Source: Candidatus Marinacidobacterium sp.
Lineage (GTDB): Bacteria; Acidobacteriota; Vicinamibacteria; Marinacidobacterales; Marinacidobacteraceae
Direction: 5' to 3'
Length of the DNA: 64,000 nt
NCBI GenBank assembly: GCA_965220965.1
Contig: OZ244852.1
Span: forward strand, 1,440,001-1,504,000
In this document: one piece after another, positions 36,984 through 45,490 of the stretch
Numbering within the stretch: the first letter of the stretch is position 1
Layout: the number at the start of each line of letters is the position of its first letter
The notes under the pieces: generated by a model
Database searches by the model: none
What the model was told of the DNA's origin: nothing
The model's input: only the letters and a program-made list of their open reading frames with translations
Program-made: the position numbers and the translations under genes

Positions 36984-38273
36984 ATGAACCCGCCCCCGAC
37001 GCGCGAATACTGGCCCCGCATCGCGGATGAGAGCCTGCGGCGGATCCTGCGCCGCTCGGGCGCGGTCGTCATCGAGGGCCCGCGGGCCTGCGGCAAGACA
37101 GCCACCGCCCTCCAGGTCGCGGCGAGCCAGGTCCTGCTCGACCGCGACGCCCAGGCGCGCGCCGCAGCCGCTGTCGATCCGGGCCTGATCCTCGCAGGGG
37201 AGACGCCGCGCCTGATCGACGAGTGGCAGCTCGTTCCGGCGGTCTGGAACCACGTCCGGCGCGCGGTGGACGACCGGCCCGGACGCGGCCACTTCATCCT
37301 GACCGGGTCCGCGGTCCCCCCCGACGACTCCACCCGGCATTCCGGAGCGGGCCGGGTGACGCGCCTCCGGCTGCGGCCCATGTCGCTCATGGAACTGCGG
37401 CGATCCAGCGGGAACGTCTCGCTGGCCTCACTCCTCGCCGGAGGCCCGGCGTCCGGCGGAGCGGCGCTGCTCGACACCCGGGAACTGGCCGAGCTGATCT
37501 GCGTCGGCGGCTGGCCCGGCCACCTGGGATCGCCGGCGGGCGAGGCCCCGCTCACGCCCGGCGACGCCATCGCCCGGAACCGGGCCTACCTGGACGAGGT
37601 TCGCCACACCGATGTTCGCCGGGTGGACGGCGTGGCGCGCGACCCGGTGCGACTGGGCCGCCTCCTCGAGTCCCTGGCGCACAACGTTGCGACAAGCGCA
37701 AGGTTGTCCACCCTCGCCCGGGATACGGCTGGCGCGGAGGGAGCGGTGAACGAACGCACGGTCTCCGCCTACCACCAGGCCCTCACGCGCCTCATGGTCG
37801 TGGAGGACCAGCCGCCCTGGACGCCGGACCTCCGCTCGTGTTCGCGTCTCCGGATGGCGCCAAAGCGCCACTTCGCCGACCCCTCGCTCGCGGTCGCGGC
37901 GCTGAAGGCGAGCCCCGAACACCTGCTGCGCGATTTCGAGTGGTTCGGTCTGCTGTTCGAGTCGCTCGTCGTGCGGGATCTCCGGGCCTACGCCCAAGCC
38001 TCGGAGGCCGGCGTCTTCCACTACCGCGACAACACCGGTCTCGAAGTGGACGCCATCGTGGATGCGGGTCCAGGGCGCTGGGCCGCCTTCGAGATCAAGC
38101 TGGGCGCCAGCCGGATCGATGACGCCGCCCGCACGCTGCTGCGGTTCGCCGAGCGCGTCGACCCCCGACACGTCGGGGAACCCGCCGCGCTGGGCGTGAT
38201 CGTCGGGAGCGGCTACGCCTACACGCGCCCGGACGGGGTCAGCGTCATTCCGGTCGCGGCGCTCGGGCCGTAG
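36984..38273 (+). CDS. AAA_14 ATPase with DUF4143 / PD-(D/E)XK-like C-terminus
   Basis: GPRACGKT, LIDEWQ, FILTGS, PKRHFADPSL, FESLV, YRD..GLEVD, FEIKLG. Confidence 0.9.
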   Translation: MNPPPTREYWPRIADESLRRILRRSGAVVIEGPRACGKTATALQVAASQVLLDRDAQARAAAAVDPGLILAGETPRLIDEWQLVPAVWNHVRRAVDDRPGRGHFILTGSAVPPDDSTRHSGAGRVTRLRLRPMSLMELRRSSGNVSLASLLAGGPASGGAALLDTRELAELICVGGWPGHLGSPAGEAPLTPGDAIARNRAYLDEVRHTDVRRVDGVARDPVRLGRLLESLAHNVATSARLSTLARDTAGAEGAVNERTVSAYHQALTRLMVVEDQPPWTPDLRSCSRLRMAPKRHFADPSLAVAALKASPEHLLRDFEWFGLLFESLVVRDLRAYAQASEAGVFHYRDNTGLEVDAIVDAGPGRWAAFEIKLGASRIDDAARTLLRFAERVDPRHVGEPAALGVIVGSGYAYTRPDGVSVIPVAALGP

Positions 38274-38402
38274 CGAACAAGGACCGACCTAGAGCTCGCG
38301 CTGGCGAATCGGATCACCCCCGCCGAGGCGCCCCTCCGCGCGGTGTCGTGCGAACCGCAGCTCTGTGTGATCAGCGATCGACGGGGGTTCTGGTTCTCCT
38401 CC

Positions 38403-39158
38403 CTACTCATCGCCGAGATGCTCTCGGATGATCTCGATCAACCGCGATGCCCCGATCCACGGCTCGGCGTACTTGTCGCCATGCCTCCATCTGATCCTCC
38501 AACCAGGAGTGTCGGCTCCAAAGCAGTTCAGGTCGACGGTGTCTCGGTCGATCTCGCAGCTCGCGTCAACGTCGTGTGCGTGCTCGGCAAAGGCGCTCGA
38601 CCACATGTGATCCCGGAGATCCGGCCACTCGTCGAGCGTCGTCAGCAAGTGGTAGAGGTCCCCAAATCCTGGCGAGAAATCGTAGAAGTCCCTCTCTGCA
38701 TTGGCGTTTCTTTCGATCTCCTCTTCAACAAGGCTGCATATTACGTGCGCCACGTCTCGGCGCTGCAAGACTAGACGGCGGACTCCTTCCAGTATGTCGC
38801 CATACGAGGCAATCACTCGTACGCCATAGTCATTCCACAGGTCCAGAGATTCTCCGTCAAGTCTGAAGTAGTACACGTGAATGATCATCCCAAGAAGACA
38901 CTTTAGTTGCACCTTCTTTCTCTTGCCTTCGCCGTCTCTTGCGTCCACGCACCAGCCGCAAAGACGAGCAGGTAGCTTGCCGGCCCTCTCCGCCCGCCAT
39001 AGCGTTGTCGCGATATCGCGTGCCGGCAGTATGAGCGCCTTGAACTCATACATTCTCTTTGTGGCCTGCACATCCGATCCGATCGGCAAGCTAAGTCTTG
39101 CGACCTGAAGGCGCGGCAGACTGTCTCGCAACAGCTCAACCTGGGATTTCAGGAGCAA
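38403..39158 (-). CDS. Hypothetical protein (lower GC), downstream of the AAA_21 ATPase
   Basis: 251-aa ORF, TTG start with GGAGG RBS, atypical codon usage. Confidence 0.7.
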   Translation of the reverse strand: MLLKSQVELLRDSLPRLQVARLSLPIGSDVQATKRMYEFKALILPARDIATTLWRAERAGKLPARLCGWCVDARDGEGKRKKVQLKCLLGMIIHVYYFRLDGESLDLWNDYGVRVIASYGDILEGVRRLVLQRRDVAHVICSLVEEEIERNANAERDFYDFSPGFGDLYHLLTTLDEWPDLRDHMWSSAFAEHAHDVDASCEIDRDTVDLNCFGADTPGWRIRWRHGDKYAEPWIGASRLIEIIREHLGDE

Positions 39159-39221
39159 TGAGGGTTTCCTCCCTGCCGTCCAACTGATTCACAACTCATG
39201 AGTACATCCGACCGGATCTCC

Positions 39222-40391
39222 TCACTGAACGATCGGAACCGCGCCGAAGCGCCCGAGGAGGTAGTCCTCGGTCAGCGCCTCGCGCCGATGACGGCGGAAG
39301 TCCGAGAGCGGCGTGAGCGCGGCCGCCTCGGTGGCGCGGTCCTTCTCCGTGAACCAGACCTGGCCTCGATGGAGGCAGTCGGCATCCAGGAGCGTCGCAT
39401 CGTGCAGCGTGGCGACGAGTTGCGCCCCCTCGCTTTCACTGGGGCCCGCGGGTCGGTTGATGTAGTGGACGAGCCAGCGCAGAAGAAGCGGATGCTGGCT
39501 CGAGTCGAGGTCATCCACGACGAGCGTGAGCCCGTTGGACCGGGCCTCGAGCCACGACGGCGCGAGACGGAACACGGCGCCGGCGCCGGCGGATTCCTGG
39601 TCGATGTCCACATACTCGATGGATTCGCCGCATCTCGGCAAGTGGCCGAACGCGGGTCCGGTGTCCTCGGTGGCCTCGATATCGACCACCGGCAGGTCGC
39701 AGGCCTGCAGAAACTCCAGGATCCGCTGTTTGCGCTCACCGCCGGCCATCACCTCCCTCCTCGCGCCGTACGGATTGAGCCGGGCGGCGAAGACGAGATG
39801 TCGCTCGAACCAACGGAACGGCGCAGCCAGCACCTCGCTGTCGAGGGTCGCGGCGACGGTGAACAGGAGGGAATCGGGTCGCGCGCATCCCTGCCACATG
39901 CGCTTCGGTCCGGGAACGGTCCGACCGAAGCGGAAGCGGTCTTCACCGCTGGCGGGATCGAAGGAGCGTGTCAGCAGCCTGCGCTTCCGTCCGCCGGGGA
40001 ACCAGCAGAAGAGCGCCTCGCTCATGACGCGCGCCTCGTGAACCGCGAACTCGTAGCGGTAGAGAACCCCGTCCTGGATGAAGCGGAACTCGAACGTCGT
40101 GGGCCTGGCCTGAGAGGCCGGATCGAAGCGGAACGGCGCAAACGGGAGGAGCCCCTCGGCGCGCGACACCGACCTCGTCACGAACCAGGCGGCCCGGTCC
40201 ATGGCTTCCACCAGGTAGGACTTCCCGCTGCCGTTCGGGCCGTAGATCGCGGAGACGCGGTTCAGGCGCGGCGCCCGCGCGACTCCGCTGTCGAGGGCGA
40301 AGAGGTCCGGCGTCTGGCCGACGGCTTCGAGATTCAGCTCCTGCCGGTCACGGAAGCACGCGTAGTTCTCGACGGCGAAGGAAACCAGCAT
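39222..40391 (-). CDS. AAA_21 ATPase, RloA/AbiLi-like
   Basis: F.VENY.CF, IYGPNGSGKS, LVVDDLDSSQHP, AQLVATLHD, QVWFTEK, YLLGRFGAVP. Confidence 0.88.
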   Translation of the reverse strand: MLVSFAVENYACFRDRQELNLEAVGQTPDLFALDSGVARAPRLNRVSAIYGPNGSGKSYLVEAMDRAAWFVTRSVSRAEGLLPFAPFRFDPASQARPTTFEFRFIQDGVLYRYEFAVHEARVMSEALFCWFPGGRKRRLLTRSFDPASGEDRFRFGRTVPGPKRMWQGCARPDSLLFTVAATLDSEVLAAPFRWFERHLVFAARLNPYGARREVMAGGERKQRILEFLQACDLPVVDIEATEDTGPAFGHLPRCGESIEYVDIDQESAGAGAVFRLAPSWLEARSNGLTLVVDDLDSSQHPLLLRWLVHYINRPAGPSESEGAQLVATLHDATLLDADCLHRGQVWFTEKDRATEAAALTPLSDFRRHRREALTEDYLLGRFGAVPIVQ

Positions 40392-40519
40392 GATGATCGC
40401 TCGCAGACTGCCATTATTGGCTCATGTGCGCCATCACTGCGCAGGAACGGCATCTTATCAGCACGTATCGTACGGTTTTGGCGGCCCGCCCCTCGCCCGG
40501 GACGACCGCGGCCTCAGGC

Positions 40520-41971
40520 CTACGCCAGGCCGCGGGCGGTGGCGGTGATCCGGTTCCAGGCGGCGAGCAGGTGGTCGCGGGTCGTCTGCGACTGCGCGAC
40601 GACCATGCGCAGCGCGACGCCCGCCGGGACCCGGGTGTGAGTCAGGTAGAGCTTCCCGCTCTCGTTCAGCGCGTGGAGCAGCGCCATGTTCCGCTGGTCG
40701 AGCTCTTCGGGCGCGTAGTCGCGGTCCGTCGGCCGGTGGCGGAACGTCACGTGGTTCAGCGGAGCGGGGGTCAGGACCTCGAAGTCCGGGGCCTCCTCGA
40801 CCCACTTCAGGAACTCCTGGCCGAGCGCCACGTGCTCGCGGATGTGGCGGCGGAGCCCCTCGGCGCCGTAGTGGCGCAGCACCATCCAGAGCTTCAGCGC
40901 GCGGAAGCGGCGCCCCAGCGGGATGTGCCAGTCCCGGTAGTCGAACACCTCGCCCGCCTCCGAGGCCCGGTTCCGGAGGTACTCCGGGGTGACCGAGAGC
41001 GTCTCGGTCAGTGCATTCCGGTCGGCGACCCAGAAGCAGTCACAATCGAAGTTCGTGAACATCCACTTGTGGGGGTTGAAGCAGTAGGAGTCGGCCAGCT
41101 CCACGCCGTCCTGCAGATGGCGGAACTCCGGGCACAGGAACGCGGTTCCCGACATCGCGGCGTCCACGTGAACCCAGATGCGGTGCTCGCGGGCGATCTC
41201 CGCGAGCTCGCGCAGCGGATCGAACGCCCCGGTCGAAGTCGTGCCCAGCGTCACCGTGAGGAACGCGGGGATCCGGCCGGCGGCGACATCCTGTCTGACC
41301 TGGTCGGCGAAGGCGCCGGGGATCACCGCGCGCGTCACCGGATCCACCGGGAGCGAACGCAGGTTGTCGCCGCCGATCCCGGCGATCCGCACCGCCTTGA
41401 GGAGAGAGGAGTGGGCCTCCCCGGAGCCGTAGGCGACGAGCGGCGCCCGGACGCCCTTCCGGTTCGATTCGAAGTTCGTCGCGCGTTCGCGGGCGGCGAG
41501 CAGCGCGGTCAGGGTGGCCGAGGAGGCGGTGTCCTGGATGACGCCGCCTCCCGCGCCGTCGGACCGGAACCGGTCCGGCAGCCCGATGAGGTCGCCCATC
41601 CAGTCGAGGACATGGGTCTCGAGCTCGGTGCAGGCGGGACTGGTGGCCCAGAGCATCCCCTGGACGCCGAGCCCGGCCGAGAGCAGCTCGCCCAGAACCG
41701 AGGGCCCCGAGAGGTTCGAGGGGAAGAAGGCGAAGAAGTTGGGGGACTGCCAGTGCGTGACCCCGGGCAGGACGATGTCGTCGAGGTCCTTCAGGACCGA
41801 CTCGAACGGCTCGCCCTGCTCGGGTGGACGGGCCGGGAGCCGCGACCGGATCTCCCCGGGGCGGACCTGCGAGAGCACCGGGAAGGACTCGACGCGGGTC
41901 CAGTAGTCGGCGATCCAGTCGAGGACCTGCCGGCCCTGCGCGGCGAAGGCCTGGGGGGAGAGGTGATCCAT
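40520..41971 (-). CDS. PLP-dependent aromatic L-amino acid decarboxylase family protein
   Basis: PGVTHWQSP, SPACTELE, HVDAA, FNPHKW, LGRRFRALKLW. Confidence 0.93.
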   Translation of the reverse strand: MDHLSPQAFAAQGRQVLDWIADYWTRVESFPVLSQVRPGEIRSRLPARPPEQGEPFESVLKDLDDIVLPGVTHWQSPNFFAFFPSNLSGPSVLGELLSAGLGVQGMLWATSPACTELETHVLDWMGDLIGLPDRFRSDGAGGGVIQDTASSATLTALLAARERATNFESNRKGVRAPLVAYGSGEAHSSLLKAVRIAGIGGDNLRSLPVDPVTRAVIPGAFADQVRQDVAAGRIPAFLTVTLGTTSTGAFDPLRELAEIAREHRIWVHVDAAMSGTAFLCPEFRHLQDGVELADSYCFNPHKWMFTNFDCDCFWVADRNALTETLSVTPEYLRNRASEAGEVFDYRDWHIPLGRRFRALKLWMVLRHYGAEGLRRHIREHVALGQEFLKWVEEAPDFEVLTPAPLNHVTFRHRPTDRDYAPEELDQRNMALLHALNESGKLYLTHTRVPAGVALRMVVAQSQTTRDHLLAAWNRITATARGLA

Positions 41972-42018
41972 CCGCCTATTGTGGGGCCGCTGGCGACGCG
42001 CCCGGCGGTCCCCGGCCG

Positions 42019-42351
42019 TCAGTCCGTCGGGAGGCGGTCGATCTTGGCGGCGAGGATGAAGTCCGACTCGGTCAGGCCGTTCACCTTGTGGGTCCAGATG
42101 GTGACCTCGACCTTGCCCCAGGCGACGAGGAGATCGGGGTGGTGGCCTTCGGCCTCGGCGATCGCTCCGACCTCGTTCGCGAAGTCGAGCGCGCGCTGGA
42201 AGTCGGGGAAGACGAAGGTGCGGGCGATCCGGCGGTGGTCGGCGTGGTTCCAGCCCTCGACCCGGCCGAGGTAGTCCTCGACGTCGGGGGGCGCCATCGG
42301 CGGAACGCCGCCCCGGCAGGGAACGCAGTGACGGGAGGCGAGTTCGGACAT
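42019..42351 (-). CDS. phhB: Pterin-4-alpha-carbinolamine dehydratase
   Basis: CVPC.GG, F.FPDF, EGHHPDL, WTH..GLTESDFILAAKID. Confidence 0.92.
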   Translation of the reverse strand: MSELASRHCVPCRGGVPPMAPPDVEDYLGRVEGWNHADHRRIARTFVFPDFQRALDFANEVGAIAEAEGHHPDLLVAWGKVEVTIWTHKVNGLTESDFILAAKIDRLPTD

Positions 42352-42403
42352 CGCCGGGATTATGGCGGTTGCCGGGCCGGGTCCGGCGCGTCGCGCGCGG
42401 GGG

Positions 42404-43531
42404 TCAGAGCGCCGTCAGCAGACCGGCGAGGAGCGCCGCGCGGCGGGGGAGATCGGCGACCCGCACCTGCTCGTGGCGGGCGTGCGCGCCGTCGCCATCC
42501 GGGCCCAGACCGTCGAGGACCGGGATCCCCTTCGCGGCGGCGATGTTGCCGTCGGAGCCGCCCCCGGCGGACCCCTCGCCGAGCTCCCAGTCGAGTTCGG
42601 CCGCCAGATCGCGGGCGCGGTGATAGAGCGCGGCCACTTCGGGCGTGCGCACCAGCGGCGGGCGGTTCACCCCGCCGGTCCAGATGACGCGCGCCTCGGG
42701 GCGCTCGCCGTCGAGCGCCCGGAGAGCTTCGATGAGCCGGTTCCCCTCCTCCGGGTCATCCATGCGGACATCGAGCTGCGCCGTGGCGTGCGCCGGGATG
42801 ACATTCGTGCGGGTCCCGCCCTCGATCCGGCCGACGTTCACCGTCAGACCGCGCCGCGGAGCGGAGAGCGATTCGGCGGCGAGGACAATGTGGGCCAGTT
42901 CGTTCACCGCGCTGACCCCGCGCTCCGGGTCGAGGCCGGCGTGGGCGGCCCGGCCCTCCACCTCGACCTGGAGGACGCCCACCCCCCGCCGCGCGGTCTT
43001 CGCGCCGCCGCCGGGAAGCGAGGGCTCCATGACGAGACAGGCGGCAGACCCGGCGGCTTCCTCTTCGAGGAGGGCGTAGCTCGTCCCGCTGCCCACTTCC
43101 TCATCGGTGTTCCAGACGATCGTGAGCGGGCGGCGGGGCTGGAGGTCCCGCCGGTCGAGGGCGCGGAGCGCCCAGATCGTCTGGACCAGGCCCGCCTTCA
43201 TGTCGTAGACGCCGGGGCCGAAGGCCACGCCCTCCTCGACGCGCCACGGCAGCTCCTCGAGCGTTCCGTGGCGCCAGACGGTGTCGAGGTGCCCGAGCAG
43301 GAGGAGGGGCTTCGCCTCCGGGTCGGACCCGAGGATCCGGATGCGGCGGTGCGGCCCGCGTTCCGGCCCGCTGTTCCCCTCGCCCGGGATCGCATCCACT
43401 TCCGCTTCCGTGAGGAAGCCGCTGGCGCCTTCGGTCAGCGCCCGGGTCGCGAGATCGCCCATCCGCCGGGTCGCCTCGGGGTCGCCCGAGGGCGACTCGA
43501 GGCGCACGAACTCACCGAGCATCGCCAGCAT
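42404..43531 (-). CDS. M20 family metallopeptidase (glutamate carboxypeptidase-like)
   Basis: GHLDTV, GPGVYDMKAG, DEEVGS, AHAG, GGGSDGN; start uncertain. Confidence 0.9.
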   Translation of the reverse strand: MLAMLGEFVRLESPSGDPEATRRMGDLATRALTEGASGFLTEAEVDAIPGEGNSGPERGPHRRIRILGSDPEAKPLLLLGHLDTVWRHGTLEELPWRVEEGVAFGPGVYDMKAGLVQTIWALRALDRRDLQPRRPLTIVWNTDEEVGSGTSYALLEEEAAGSAACLVMEPSLPGGGAKTARRGVGVLQVEVEGRAAHAGLDPERGVSAVNELAHIVLAAESLSAPRRGLTVNVGRIEGGTRTNVIPAHATAQLDVRMDDPEEGNRLIEALRALDGERPEARVIWTGGVNRPPLVRTPEVAALYHRARDLAAELDWELGEGSAGGGSDGNIAAAKGIPVLDGLGPDGDGAHARHEQVRVADLPRRAALLAGLLTAL

Positions 43532-43598
43532 CGCCCCGGCGTGCGGGGCGAGCCAGTCGAGGTGAGCCGGGACGGTCCGGGCGGCGAGAGGCGAAGCG

Positions 43599-45323
43599 CT
43601 ACTCGACGATCTGATTCCGGACCTCCTGGAGAACCGCGAGCCGCTCGGCGAGCCCGGCATCCTCCGCGCCCATCCCGGCGGCGCTGGCGTAGGCCGCCGC
43701 CGCCTGCTCCACCCGCTCGTAGTCGGCGGCGCCCGCCGGGCAACCCACCTGGGCCGCCTGGAGGCGCTCGCCGAAGGCGGCGTCCTTGAGCCGGCAGGGG
43801 CCGTAGCTGACCTGCGCCGCGTGGGCCCAGGCGAGCATCCGGAACGGCTCGCCCCACGAGTCCAGTTTCATCGTGGCCTCGGAGAACTGCCCCTCGGCGC
43901 CGGCGAAGTTGTTCTGCGCCATGTAGGCCTGGCCGAGCGCGTAGTGCCCGACCGCGGCGTCGCCCGGCTCCACGTCATCCGGGAGGTTCGGGAGGGCGGA
44001 CTCGAGGATCGGAGCGGCCGCCGTCAGGTCCTGCGCGGAGAAGAGCGCGATCCCGTGCTCCATCTGGAAGACGGGGTTGTCACCGGCGGCCGCGACCGCC
44101 TGCTGCGCGGCGGCGAGCGCGCCCGCGGTGTCCTGCGCCTGGCGCGAGGCCTTGGCCTTCTCGAACCACGCGCGTCCCAGACCGTCGGCGACGCCAGGAG
44201 CGTCGGCGTCGGCTTCGGAGGCGGCCTGCATGTGGGTCACCGCCTCATCGAAGTTGCGGTCGGTGATCGCGAACCGGCCGAGCGCGAGATGCGCGGTGGC
44301 GCGCGATGCGGGCGGCGCGTTGTCGAGCGTCGTGACTTTCCGGTAGTAGGTCGTGGCCTGGCTGGCGTTCTGCTGCGCCTCGTAGACCTGGGCGAACGCG
44401 AGGTTCGCCGCCGGGTCGTCGGCGTTCACGGTGATCGCCATCGCCAGATCGCCGTAGGCCTCCTGCTGGTTCCCGAGGGCGTTGTTCGCCTTGCCCCGGA
44501 TGCCGTAGGCCGCGGTCAACTGGTCGTTCAGTTCGAGCGCCGAGGTCGCGGAGGCCACCGCGCCCTGGAAGTCGTCGCGGGCGAAGTAGATCTCGGCGAG
44601 GCCGGCGTGGGCGCGGGCGGTCGTCGAGTCGAGCTCGACCGCGCGCTGGAAGGAAGTCTCGGCGGCGTCGAAATCGCCCCCGGCGAAGGCGGCCTGCCCG
44701 AGCGTCTGGTGGGCCACGGCGCTGTTCGGCTCGAGCGCCAGCGCGGCCTGCGCCATCTCGGCGGCGCCCTCGTACTGCCCCTGACGGGCCATGCTGGCCC
44801 CGATCCCGAGATACACGCTGGCGGGCGGGTTCGGGTTCAGCTCGATCACCTTCTGGCCCGCCTCGATGACCTTCAGGTCATCCTCCATCATCGCGTAGGC
44901 GTTCGTCATCTCGGTCCAGGCTTCGAGGATCTCGGCGTCGTCCTCGAGACCCTCGACCGCCATCGCGTAGGAGCTCGCGACGTTCTCCCACTCCTCGAAC
45001 CGCACGTAGATGCGCGCCAGCTCGAGCCGGACATCGTGCCGGTCGGGATAGTCCTGGAGGACGCGCAGGTAGAGCCCGCCCGCCTGGCTCCAGGCCGCCT
45101 GGGCCGCCTCCATGTCGCCGTCGCGGACCGCGCTCTCGGCGTCATCCATGTGGTCTTCGGCGATGTCGATCGCGCGGGAGACCTCGCGCCGGTTCAGCGG
45201 CTCCTGCTCCTCCTGCGCCAGCGCGGGGGCGAGCCCCACGGCGAAGAGAAGGAGCCCCACGGCGCCCGCCGCCGCCAGCCGGCGCGCCGGAGGAGTGAAG
45301 AACCGGAACTTCGGGAACAACAT
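43599..45323 (-). CDS. Exported tetratricopeptide repeat protein
   Basis: Signal peptide ending ALA-Q; many TPR-like A..LG...A...F..A..L.P helices. Confidence 0.85.
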   Translation of the reverse strand: MLFPKFRFFTPPARRLAAAGAVGLLLFAVGLAPALAQEEQEPLNRREVSRAIDIAEDHMDDAESAVRDGDMEAAQAAWSQAGGLYLRVLQDYPDRHDVRLELARIYVRFEEWENVASSYAMAVEGLEDDAEILEAWTEMTNAYAMMEDDLKVIEAGQKVIELNPNPPASVYLGIGASMARQGQYEGAAEMAQAALALEPNSAVAHQTLGQAAFAGGDFDAAETSFQRAVELDSTTARAHAGLAEIYFARDDFQGAVASATSALELNDQLTAAYGIRGKANNALGNQQEAYGDLAMAITVNADDPAANLAFAQVYEAQQNASQATTYYRKVTTLDNAPPASRATAHLALGRFAITDRNFDEAVTHMQAASEADADAPGVADGLGRAWFEKAKASRQAQDTAGALAAAQQAVAAAGDNPVFQMEHGIALFSAQDLTAAAPILESALPNLPDDVEPGDAAVGHYALGQAYMAQNNFAGAEGQFSEATMKLDSWGEPFRMLAWAHAAQVSYGPCRLKDAAFGERLQAAQVGCPAGAADYERVEQAAAAYASAAGMGAEDAGLAERLAVLQEVRNQIVE

Positions 45324-45490
45324 GAGGGCCTCCACGGAAACACCCCGCCCCGGAAGAGGGCGGCGGATTCAAGGGAATGGACTGTAGAACACCGCCCCCC
45401 GCGGGGGCAACCCGACGAAGCGGTCCGGAACTTCGAAACGCCGCCGCGTGGTCAGGTTCTGTCCGGTCGGCGCCGTATGGTTCGGCGGCT

